Shown: positions 20,774 to 30,098 of the stretch, one piece after another | Numbering within the stretch: position 1 is the stretch's first letter | How the letters are laid out: the number at the start of each line of letters is the position of its first letter | DNA from: Nitrosopumilus sp. | GTDB lineage: Archaea; Thermoproteota; Nitrososphaeria; Nitrososphaerales; Nitrosopumilaceae | Length of the DNA: 64,000 nucleotides | Direction of reading: 5' to 3' | NCBI GenBank assembly: GCA_965223425.1 | Contig: OZ245003.1 | Location: forward strand, 736,001 to 800,000 | Translations under genes and position numbers: made by a program | The notes under the pieces: model-generated | What the model saw: only the letters and a program-made list of their open reading frames with translations | The model's database searches: none | What the model was told of the DNA's origin: nothing

Positions 20774-21507
20774 TCCGCCACATACAAGCCCCACCACCAG
20801 ACCGGCCAAGTGTATGCCAGAACTTCGGGGTTAGGCTCGCCGGGAGAGTGGTGCTCGCTATGATACCACTCTTCGCCGCGCTCAGCTACTATCGATTGAT
20901 AACGGAATGAGTCGGTTGTACAATTATAGAGAGTTCTTGGATCGTGATAGTCATCTTCATAATTATATGATGCATAGAAAGGAACTAGATGGTAACTGCT
21001 GGGGATTGCATTTCTTGCTGCAGTCTCAGTTGGCCATGGACCAGATGTAGTTGTTGATGGTTGTGGGTGCGGGTTTGAACTGGATCCACCACAAACATCT
21101 TCTGCAGATGCAAATTGGACTCCTAACGATTCTGCAACGTCACCTCCTCCTTGTTTGCCTTCTTTGATGGATTCTCTAAATTTCTCAAGCCCTTCAGAAT
21201 CTTCTTCAGCAACATACATCCTTTGATTTGGATTATCGTGTATGCGCTGAATCATGTTATTTTGAGCTGTTAGAAACTGTGTGGTGATATTTAGTGTTTC
21301 ATTACTCACACCGTTTATTTTAGCCGCTTCTATGTCCATTGTGCCAATTTTTTGGTCATTTATTTCGACATAAGATTGAACTTCTTTCAATGCACGGTCT
21401 ATCTTTTCTGCGGAGGGTGTTTCTGTTGCGATTGTCACCGTAGTTGGGATTGCAATAGACACAACCAATAGGAAAAACAGACCTGTTTTGACGGTATTCG
21501 TAATCAT
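20764..21507 (-). CDS. Secreted hypothetical protein with Trp/His-rich C-terminus
   Basis: Signal peptide; ends 'EPNPEVLAYTWPVWWWGLYVAEWH'. Confidence 0.8.
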   Translation of the reverse strand: MITNTVKTGLFFLLVVSIAIPTTVTIATETPSAEKIDRALKEVQSYVEINDQKIGTMDIEAAKINGVSNETLNITTQFLTAQNNMIQRIHDNPNQRMYVAEEDSEGLEKFRESIKEGKQGGGDVAESLGVQFASAEDVCGGSSSNPHPQPSTTTSGPWPTETAARNAIPSSYHLVPFYASYNYEDDYHDPRTLYNCTTDSFRYQSIVAERGEEWYHSEHHSPGEPNPEVLAYTWPVWWWGLYVAEWH

Positions 21508-22030
21508 TAAAATTGCTTACGTTTAGTATATTAATAAAAAGTATTTCAATTCAAATTGAGCTGATCCCTATATTCAGTCTTCCCAGAAGTACTTCGTAGA
21601 GATTACCAAGAGGAGAAACTTTCTACTATAAAGAATCGCACGCACCCATAATCAGTAGATGAAAATGTACTAGCCGGCAGACGGCTGTTCTAGCCAAATC
21701 CCCCTGCCAGGAACCACATCAGCAGAAAATTTTTCCATCAGCTCGAACATTATCAGCAGAGGAATAACGGCAACATCACGCCGCCCTCCATTGCATCTCC
21801 TGGACCTTGCAGCCGATATTACCCACAAATTATACATTACAAGTGCCATAAAGAACAGAAATATTCTGATGACTGCGTTCTGGCTTGTGGCTTTGGGCCT
21901 TGATCTCTCTGCGTCCCGGTACCCCGTTTCTATGCCCCACCTCTTTTTGTACTCCTCTGGAATTCCTTCTGTCTCAAAGAGCGGGTTACGGCAGTCAAGG
22001 TTGGTGGCATACGCCAAATATCTGTCCGTA

Positions 22031-23168
22031 GTTAGCACATTAAATAATTGAACATTTTCACAGGCAGGATCTCCTTTCTGGCAAACAGCTTGCGTACTGA
22101 CTGCTCCATCCCACCTGGCGTGCCAAACACTTTTGCAGACAGTACCCGCTTTATCACCCTCCACTGCATCTCAATGGGATTAAGCTCCGGCGTGTACGGC
22201 AGCAGGTACTCCAGAACTATCTCGCCGTTGTATCTTTCCAGAAACTCCTTTACCTTTTTGGATTTGTGATATGACGCATTGTCTACAAACAGCAGCACCT
22301 TGCCGAATCTTTTGTGAACCCGTTCCAAAAAGTTGCAAAAGCTGTCGCTGTCTGGCTTTTCATAAAACATAAAGTAAAATGCGTTTGCCGCCAAAGCTCC
22401 AAAGATGTATCTTCTTTCGCGTGACAAAACAGAGGGGGATGTGGCGCGCTTGCCGCGCCTTCTCCACCCGTAGCCGGGCCTGTTTGATGCCTTTTGAATC
22501 GAGGATGCATCGCCGGCCAGTACGGTGTATCCCTGCGCCGACTTTTCTGCAACGAGTTTTTTTGCCCGCTCCTGAAACTCTTTTTGCTTTCTTTTTGAGG
22601 CTGATCTTGGGTTTTTTGGACGCGCCTTGCTCCACGAAAAGCCCATCTCCCTGATCAGCTGCAGCGCGCCTGTTTTGCTGTACTGCACGCCGAACTTTTT
22701 CTTGATGTGCAGCCTTACCAGGTTGGAGTCCCACAGGCTGCTCTCAAAGCCGCATGACTCCGGCCCCGCATCCAGGTCCGCTGCAAGCTGTCTTGCCTGC
22801 GGCCCGCCTATCAGGTGCTTTCGTCCCCTGCCGCTGCGCTCGAACCTTGCGCGCATTCCCTCGTCCTGTGCGCGGTTGAGCCATGCAGATATGGTGGACT
22901 TGGGCCTTCCCAGCATCCTTCCAATCCTGTCTAGCGGCACGCCGTCCTTGCGCTGCATGTACGCAAGCAGCCTGTCGCGCCTTCTGGGATCGGTCTCTTT
23001 TTTGTATGCCCTTTTGAGGTCTGCAACGCTGGTGTTTGGCAGAAATTTTGCCCCCCTTGCAACCTGTCTCTTTTTTTGTTTGTACATGCAGTGTGTGCGG
23101 TATGGCCTGTCTTGGATCTTTTGGCCAAAAATAATTGTCAAAATGGTTCAGGTTTTTTATGTACTTAC
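22031..23168 (-). mobile_element. IS630-family element
   Basis: TA on both sides; imperfect TIR GTTAGCACAT/ATGTACTTAC. Confidence 0.9.
22032..23141 (-). CDS. IS630 transposase, apparently intact
   Basis: 'GDAS', 'DNASYH' and 'PELNPIE' motifs. Confidence 0.92.
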   Translation of the reverse strand: MTIIFGQKIQDRPYRTHCMYKQKKRQVARGAKFLPNTSVADLKRAYKKETDPRRRDRLLAYMQRKDGVPLDRIGRMLGRPKSTISAWLNRAQDEGMRARFERSGRGRKHLIGGPQARQLAADLDAGPESCGFESSLWDSNLVRLHIKKKFGVQYSKTGALQLIREMGFSWSKARPKNPRSASKRKQKEFQERAKKLVAEKSAQGYTVLAGDASSIQKASNRPGYGWRRRGKRATSPSVLSRERRYIFGALAANAFYFMFYEKPDSDSFCNFLERVHKRFGKVLLFVDNASYHKSKKVKEFLERYNGEIVLEYLLPYTPELNPIEMQWRVIKRVLSAKVFGTPGGMEQSVRKLFARKEILPVKMFNYLMC

Positions 23169-24148
23169 TACGGTATCTTCTCCGAATCCCATCCCCCCCC
23201 TATCTCCCTTCTTTTTTGCCACAATGACCAGCCGAAACGACTGGCCCTGCTTGTGCTTGCGTGTCATAAGCGTGTGCGTGGAGACTGCATCCCTCTTGCC
23301 GTCGTGGTGATCCAGTATTGCCCTTTTTATTGCAAAAGTTTTTGATGCCGGCATGATGAATCTGTGATCTGCCTGCCGGATCTCCCTTGTGACATCGCTT
23401 GAAAAGAATCCGCGGTCAAGCAGCAGCAGCAGTTTGCACCGAACCCCCACATCGGCGCAGTCCTGCAGCAGATCACGCACGATACAGGCAGGTTTGTACC
23501 CCTTTTTGAGGGGCCTGCATGCCACATCAAGATTGGGCCTGTCCACGCACTGCATCGTGGCGTATCCCTCAAACCTGGTGGTTCCATTCCTGTGTTTTGA
23601 GCGCACCAGCTGTTTTTCTCTGGTATCGGAGCTCCTGTCGTACCGCGGTATGTTGTGCGTGTCAATTGCCATGACATGCGGGGTTCTGCGCAGGAGGCCT
23701 GCCTGTGTTGCGCACAGTACGGTCTTGCGCACCATCTCCCGGCACCTCTTCTCCATGATGTGCCTGTCAGAACATGCGTCCCTTATCTTCCCCGGAACCC
23801 ACACCGATGACGGTATGCGGCTCGCGGCGTGGCGTACTGAGAGCATCTGTGTGATGCCGGAGGCATACGAGCCTGACTTGCACATCGATATGACTGCCCG
23901 TATAAAATCCTCCATGCCGTATAGCGCGTTGTGTCTCCCAGAGAAGCTGAGGCCTACCGCGTCTACAATGTCAGGCAACATTTTAAATGCCTTGCCTGCC
24001 GTATCAAGACGGTGTCCCAGTTGATCTTTTTGGTAAAGCATAAGGAATGACAGGGGCACTGATCAATTGCTTTTTCTGTCCGAATTGTTTTCACAGTTGG
24101 TCTAAAACTTGGATCCCGGGCGAGTCAAGAGTACATTTTCATCTACTG

Positions 24149-24600
24149 TGTCATAGCGCGGTATGAGGTGCATATCGATTGCTATGTCCAGTCCTTTTTT
24201 TGGAACCCTGCCCAGTCTTTTGAGGGTTTCAAGATGCCTTGCTATCTGGCCCTCAAGCGTGTGCTGGATTGCATCCTGCTCAATTCCCTTGATTGCCGAT
24301 GCAATCCACCTGTCAGACGGGGCATTGCAACCTTTGCGCCCTTGCGCCTTTGCGCATCCGCCTACAGAGGAATCCATGGTGGCAGCCTTTAGCATGCCGC
24401 AGTTCAGATCATCTGGTCCAAACGTTGCGTTGTACCTGTCTGATGTGTTGGCGCATGCAAGCATGTTTTTGGCGCCGTCTGCAACATCTTGATATATGCG
24501 TGGATTGTTTAACAGTTCGCGGCCCTGTCTGGTTTTTTGTATTGACAACAGAAATCATGGGGTCGTACCCTAATTGATCTGTTTGCATTTTGTAGCCGAT
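24149..24600 (-). pseudogene. ISH3-like transposase N-terminus, cut by the nested IS
   Basis: 'APSDRW..IAIDMHLIPRYD' ends at the nested IS boundary. Confidence 0.8.
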
Positions 24601-24677
24601 TTGGCCCGAATTAGAGCAGATTTCGCTTAGCTGCTCTTGCACTAACCTTTTAAAACAAGTAAGATTACTGGTTTGTC

Positions 24678-24821
24678 ATGGTAGATCAAGCATGTGGATG
24701 CGAAGCTGATAGCGGCGATCCAGATTATGCATGTGATTGTGCAATGCAAGGTCATTGCATATGCAGTGCTGATTGCAACTGTAAAACTGATGTTTGCAAA
24801 GAAGCAACTAAAGATATGTAA
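24678..24821 (+). CDS. 47-aa Cys-rich metallothionein-like protein
   Basis: MVDQACGCEADSGDPDYACDCAMQGHCICSADCNCKTDVCKEATKDM; TTTTAAAA box upstream. Confidence 0.7.
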   Translation: MVDQACGCEADSGDPDYACDCAMQGHCICSADCNCKTDVCKEATKDM

Positions 24822-24854
24822 TTTAACAGTTAATTACAATCTTACTTTTTATTT

Positions 24855-25025
24855 TTAAAATTCTTCTTCTTCTTCCATGCCCCATGATTTTACCAAATCT
24901 TTTTGGAACTTGTCAGCTTGTTTTTCATCTAGTGCAAATCCACAATTCTTGTGTGTGGGAACTACCGTCATTCCATCAAGTTTGAACTCTACTTCATACA
25001 AGTGAACCTTTGTACATTCACACAT
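24855..25025 (-). CDS. 56-aa hypothetical protein
   Basis: MCECTKVHLYEVEF..THKNCG..EEEEF. Confidence 0.65.
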   Translation of the reverse strand: MCECTKVHLYEVEFKLDGMTVVPTHKNCGFALDEKQADKFQKDLVKSWGMEEEEEF

Positions 25026-25149
25026 TCTGAATTTCAGTGAATTTTCCTCTATATTTGCTTATTTGAATTAAGTATCAACACCTGTTTTTCTCATTTTTTC
25101 CAAATTTGAATAACGTTTAACTATCCGAATTTCCAATTTTTTTACAGAT

Positions 25150-26700
25150 TTGAAAACAATAGTTCTTCTTCCAATTATCGCAGCTTTGCTATTGGGTTCA
25201 ATGGCACTTCCATCAGCGTTTGCACAATTCCAATCCGGTGGCGTTGATAAAGAAGGTACGTGGTATGCAGGCGAAGGTCTCAAACAAGGTGACTATTTCT
25301 CTTATTCAATGTGTCATGTAGACTACAAAGAATGTGCCCCATTTGATCTAGACTTGTGGATTAAGGGCGACATTCAAGTTGGAACTGAAACAAAGTGGTT
25401 GGCAGAAGCTGTTGTTTATGACGGCAGCAAGATTATCGTCGGTGAAATGCAATTAGGAAAAATTGCTCCAGAACCCACAGGTGGTAGTGAAGAATTAGGA
25501 ATTTACAGAGGCGCATTCAAATCTTCTGTTGTTTGGTTATCTGCATTTGCTACTTCTGATGGCAGTTCTGGTGGAAAGGGGCCAAAAGAATTTACTGCAA
25601 AATCTTGGGGCAAAATTGGAAATATTGGTGGAGAGCAAGTTGTCCCATTGGCACTTGAAACAACTACAGTTCCGGCAGGGACTTGGGAGACAGTTGTAGT
25701 TGGATGGAAGACCGGTGGTGCTGAAAGTAAAGTTTGGATTGCCGATGACTTTCCGTTCCCAATAAAAGCCAAAACTTTTACTCATGTATCTGAAGGAATT
25801 CCTCCCACTGAATATGAATTCGCATTAGTGCAATATCGAGAAAATATTCAGCAAACTCCATTTGCAGGAATTGTCTCTACTGCAGATCAATTCTTAGCAC
25901 AAGGTTGTGAAACCAATTTCGATAAAGATGTTAGCATAAAGAAACCTACGCGTAATTTTGATTATCAGTTACATGTATTCTATGGTCCAGAAGATCCAAC
26001 TCAGGGATGTGAAATGCAATGGTTAATCAAATTTATCAGCAAATACGATGACACTGAATTTTTGAATCAAGTTCAGTTTGACGTTTTTGTAGTGGATGAC
26101 CAATTTACATTGCCTCCTCTAAGATCCATTGCAGGCGAAGAAGGTAGAAACTTTTTGTATTCCCCATCAGGACAATATGTTTTGGATACAATTGTCAAAG
26201 AGAAACCTGGTGATGCAAACTATGTCATCTGGATATATGGCTTGGCTCCTGATTGGACATCTCCGACTACTGCATCTGATTATTTAGGAATCACAGTTCC
26301 AATATTTGCTAATGATGGAAGTTCAATTCCATTCGCTGATCCAACACCTGATCCAACACCTGATCCAACACCTGATCCAACACCTGATCCAACACCTGAT
26401 CCAACACCTGATCCAACACCATCTCAAGAAATTCCAGTCTGGGTTAAGAATAACGCCGGATGGTGGGCAGAAGGCATAATTGACGACAGCTCTTTTGTTG
26501 GAGGAATTCAATATCTAATTGAAGAGGGAATTATGAAAATACCTCCTACAACTCTGGGCACATCTGGCACCACCACTGAAATTCCCTCTTGGATCAAAAA
26601 TAACGCCGGATGGTGGGCAGAAGGCATGATTGACGACAGCTCTTTTGTTGGAGGAATTCAATATCTAATTGAAGAAGGAATTATGAATATCTCTTCTTGA
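25150..26700 (+). CDS. Secreted/surface protein with DPTP linker and two thaumarchaeal 'IPxWxKNNAGWWAEG' domains
   Basis: Signal peptide; duplicated C-terminal motif. Confidence 0.85.
   Translation: MKTIVLLPIIAALLLGSMALPSAFAQFQSGGVDKEGTWYAGEGLKQGDYFSYSMCHVDYKECAPFDLDLWIKGDIQVGTETKWLAEAVVYDGSKIIVGEMQLGKIAPEPTGGSEELGIYRGAFKSSVVWLSAFATSDGSSGGKGPKEFTAKSWGKIGNIGGEQVVPLALETTTVPAGTWETVVVGWKTGGAESKVWIADDFPFPIKAKTFTHVSEGIPPTEYEFALVQYRENIQQTPFAGIVSTADQFLAQGCETNFDKDVSIKKPTRNFDYQLHVFYGPEDPTQGCEMQWLIKFISKYDDTEFLNQVQFDVFVVDDQFTLPPLRSIAGEEGRNFLYSPSGQYVLDTIVKEKPGDANYVIWIYGLAPDWTSPTTASDYLGITVPIFANDGSSIPFADPTPDPTPDPTPDPTPDPTPDPTPDPTPSQEIPVWVKNNAGWWAEGIIDDSSFVGGIQYLIEEGIMKIPPTTLGTSGTTTEIPSWIKNNAGWWAEGMIDDSSFVGGIQYLIEEGIMNISS
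26338..26420 (+). repeat. 12-bp tandem repeat GATCCAACACCT x7 (coding)
   Basis: Seen directly. Confidence 0.95.
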
Positions 26701-26751
26701 TATTGCCTACATTCAAATTGATAAAATTATTCAAATAATGGTGGAACAGCA

Positions 26752-27111
26752 ATGGTTGGTCTTTTTAGATATCCCAAACGTCGTTTGAAAAAACTAGTAA
26801 AAGACGGTGAATACGTTGAGGCTATTGAACTAGGAAAAAGTTTAGAATCCGAATTTGCCGACGATCATGATTTTATGTTCATTATGGGAAGCGTATACTT
26901 TATTGTAGAAGACGCAAAAAAGGCACTTCCATATTTTGAAAAAGCAATCCTACTAGACAACAACGATGTTGAAACTCTTGCTCTAAAAACAAATGTACAC
27001 TTGGCTTTACAACAAAAAGATGAAGCAATAGATTGCTGTAAACAAATTATACAATTAGAGCCAAAAAATTCTGAGGCACAAGACTTGCTTGAAAAACTAC
27101 AAAACCTATAA
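26752..27111 (+). CDS. TPR protein
   Basis: TPR consensus pattern. Confidence 0.85.
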   Translation: MVGLFRYPKRRLKKLVKDGEYVEAIELGKSLESEFADDHDFMFIMGSVYFIVEDAKKALPYFEKAILLDNNDVETLALKTNVHLALQQKDEAIDCCKQIIQLEPKNSEAQDLLEKLQNL

Positions 27112-27120
27112 TCTGCCAAG

Positions 27121-27615
27121 CTACTCTTTTTTCTTCATCTGATAGGCATTTTCCATCAACCAGTCACAAAACTCTGTGACTTTTTCATCAAACTCTGTCC
27201 AAATATGTACTGAATGGGGCAAGATGTCAATCTTCCAGTTTTTCGTATAAACTCTGACCCCTTCTTTATTTTCATACATGTATGCATCTTCGGTCTGTAC
27301 ATCTCCGAGCAGTTCCACTGCTTTTTGTTTTATTGTCTCTCTGTCTATGGGAAATCTTTTCCGATCATAATCTACGATTAAGCTCAGATCCCTTTTTCCA
27401 TACATCTCAAACTCTTCAATTCTTCCTTCTTTTGGGAAATTTACTACTAGTTTGATATTGTAGTTTTTGCCAACTTCTTTTCCAATCTCTACAATTCTGG
27501 TGTACGCCATGCCGGGATTTTTCTTCAAAAGAAATGTTATTTGCGCCAAGTCTTTTTTCAGTTGGGCTTGAAGGTCTGAAACTAATTCTGAAAATATCAT
27601 CATTACATACAACAA
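27121..27615 (-). CDS. Hypothetical protein
   Basis: Core-like ORF. Confidence 0.75.
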   Translation of the reverse strand: MLYVMMIFSELVSDLQAQLKKDLAQITFLLKKNPGMAYTRIVEIGKEVGKNYNIKLVVNFPKEGRIEEFEMYGKRDLSLIVDYDRKRFPIDRETIKQKAVELLGDVQTEDAYMYENKEGVRVYTKNWKIDILPHSVHIWTEFDEKVTEFCDWLMENAYQMKKKE

Positions 27616-27659
27616 AATTCTTTTAATTAGTATTTTTCACTATATTTATTTAATAGAAT

Positions 27660-28727
27660 AGATGAGTTGCACAATTGATTCAGTTTGAGTATAATCTCAA
27701 TATTTCCTGACAACAAGATCCAAAGCTAAGAAATAACCATTTTCAATTCATGTTCAATCACACGAAACTAGCAAAAAGACCAAAACAATTCCTGTCAATA
27801 ACAGGACTGACTGCTCCGCAATTTGGTTCCTTGTCAAAAGAAATACAAAAAAAATACAAAACTACAGAAGCAAGACGTCTATCAAAAAAGAAAGGAAAAA
27901 GAGACATTGGTGCAGGACACAGGTTTGATCTACCAGTCAAAGACAGAGTTCTGATGCTGTCAATGCACTACAGAATGTACACAACACACGATATGTCGGG
28001 AATGATATTTGACCTGAACAAGTCGAATGTGATGCGAGATATCAGATATTTGGAGCCCGCAGTAAAGCAGTCAATCCCAATTCCCGCCAAAAAGTATGCA
28101 GGTTCAAAAAAGATCAGCGGCATGCAGCAGCTCCAAGAGTTCTTCCCGGAACTAATTGCAATCACAGGCGGCACGGAGCAGCCAATACCGAGGCCAAAAA
28201 ACAAGCGCAAACGTAAAACACACTATTCGGGCAAAAAGAAAACCCACACAGTACAAAACCAGATTACGATAAATCTTGACGGAACCATAATTCACAAACC
28301 TGCACGTTCACCCGGACGTCGCCACGGTTACAAAATTTACAAATCAAAACATCCGACACTCCGAAGAGCTGTTAAACTTTTATGACCTTGGATATTTGGG
28401 GATTGAAAAGGACTTTCCAAAACAGACCAGCATTTTGCCATACAGAAAAAAGAAAGGAAAAAAGTTAACTGATTCTCAGAAAGAGCGGAACAAATCTCAA
28501 GCTAAAGTTAGAATCAGGATAGAGCATGTCATTGCACAAATCAAAAAATTCAGAATTAGCGCAGATGCATTTGGGAACAGATTGTGTCGTTATGACGCCA
28601 TTGGCGAGATAGTTTGCGGAATTGTTAATTTCAAGATACGGTGGAGGCAAGAGCTTGCTGTGATTCCATAAAATCAAAAACTATCGAGTGAAAGATGGGA
28701 TTTTGATTGTAATTGCGCAACTCATCT
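27660..28727 (+). mobile_element. IS5-family (ISL2-like) element with frameshifted transposase (27750-28671)
   Basis: TIR AGATGAGTTGCACAATT/AATTGCGCAACTCATCT with AAT on both sides; 'HYSGKKKTH' and 'RIRIEH'; first catalytic D appears as G (ITGGTE, versus ITDGTE in the second copy). Confidence 0.9.
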
Positions 28728-28889
28728 AATCATGCAAAATCCGGTGCATCGTCAGCAGAACGCGCAAAATGCCCCAGATGCAACAAGTCGGCAGACTCGA
28801 GAAAAGAGATCGAAAAAGAGTTCGGATATCGCAATATGGACGGAATGGCAAGACCGCAGTCATGGTGCAGGGATTGCAGAACACGGTGA
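28728..28889 (+). pseudogene. 5'-truncated Zn-finger gene remnant
   Basis: Frame not in the ORF track: 'KCPRCNKSA..EFGYRNMDGMARPQSWCRDCRTR*'. Confidence 0.65.
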
Positions 28890-29069
28890 CCGACAAAACA
28901 ACGCTGAAGTTAAACGTGATGATGGTTTTTGACAACATTCCAGATGTTAAGTACAAGGTCAACGGCAGGACACCGCTGGAATGGGCAATATATTGTAGCG
29001 GTCTACATACGGATACCTGAAATTCCAAAGGAACCATCATTTTTGCCTTAAATACCAAACTGCGTATCT

Positions 29070-29954
29070 ATGTTAATGTCGCTTACATCCTTCCTGAAGA
29101 TTCCAGAAGTAAAGGCCATGTTCAGGGAAGAGTTTCCTGTCAAAAATACCAACACGAAACTGAACGGTGAGATGAAGGCTCCACCGCTAACAAAAAACTA
29201 CACGCTTGTAGGCACGGCCTTTGATTACGTCCTTCGGTTTCTGCTAGAGCATACAAACCCCACATGTAAGGCAAGGCAGTGGGTCGTCGAGGAGTTCATG
29301 CATCCCAAGCCAGACCTCACCCAGTCACCCAGATATGGGGAAAATTTTGCAGGAGACATGGATGCCATAATGGGAAAAATGGAGTTATACCTAGATGATG
29401 CAAAAAAGAGACATACCGGGTACATCGAAAGAGGAGTCATGGACGATGGCATATTTAAAACAGCAATAGTTCTTGCACAGATGGAACATGCATATCGCAG
29501 TCGGGCCTCAGATAACTTTGATACCCTTCTTGGAAGCGTAGACGGCGGGGACATCGAGGACCTTTGTAATCTGGCGGCCGTAGTGGATGTGGACAAGTTC
29601 CACGCAAAAAAGGCTTGCTACCTGAATCCGGTATTTGGAGATGCCTCAATCCTGGTGGGCGGCGCAGATGCAGACCTCATTGTGGACGATGTTCTAATTG
29701 ACATCAAGACCACAAAGAACCTGTCGTTCAGGCAGGATCACTACAACCAGCTTATAGGGTACTATGTACTCTCAAAGCTTGGCATGGTCAACGGGACAGA
29801 AGAAGTCGCCATTTCACGGCTTGGGATATATTTCTCAAGACATGGACTGCTGCATACCGTTCCTGTAGAGGACATAGAGAACAACCCAAACTTTCCAAAA
29901 TTCGTAGAAACTTTCGAAAAACTGGCCTTGGCCAAATTTTCCCGAGCCGGATAA
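29070..29954 (+). CDS. PD-(D/E)XK nuclease-like protein
   Basis: 'GTAFDY', 'ADADLIVDDVLIDIKTT' and 'QLIGY'. Confidence 0.75.
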   Translation: MLMSLTSFLKIPEVKAMFREEFPVKNTNTKLNGEMKAPPLTKNYTLVGTAFDYVLRFLLEHTNPTCKARQWVVEEFMHPKPDLTQSPRYGENFAGDMDAIMGKMELYLDDAKKRHTGYIERGVMDDGIFKTAIVLAQMEHAYRSRASDNFDTLLGSVDGGDIEDLCNLAAVVDVDKFHAKKACYLNPVFGDASILVGGADADLIVDDVLIDIKTTKNLSFRQDHYNQLIGYYVLSKLGMVNGTEEVAISRLGIYFSRHGLLHTVPVEDIENNPNFPKFVETFEKLALAKFSRAG

Positions 29955-30098
29955 TCAGAACTTCTGCGAGGGCAAACCGGGGAATAAACCACCGGACCGG
30001 AGACACAAATGATTCTCACAACCACCATTTCCACTCTACGCTCATTGGCAAAAAGGTCTTAAACTTCCCATAGCCTGATCCAGTAATTGGGCAAGACC

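Larger units (their letters stand above)
21653..24148 (-). mobile_element. ISH3-like IS; transposase (24059-23169 plus 22030-21670) split by IS630
   Basis: 18-bp TIR CAGTAGATGAAAATGTAC; 'AID', 'LDRGF' and 'YKKRWGIETGY' motifs; no matching TSD. Confidence 0.92.
19104..24633. mobile_element. ISH3-type TIR-bounded compound element with cargo
   Basis: Ends CAGCTAAGCGAAAT and ATTTCGCTTAGCTG; 5-bp TSD CTCTT at 19099-19103 and 24634-24638. Confidence 0.85.
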
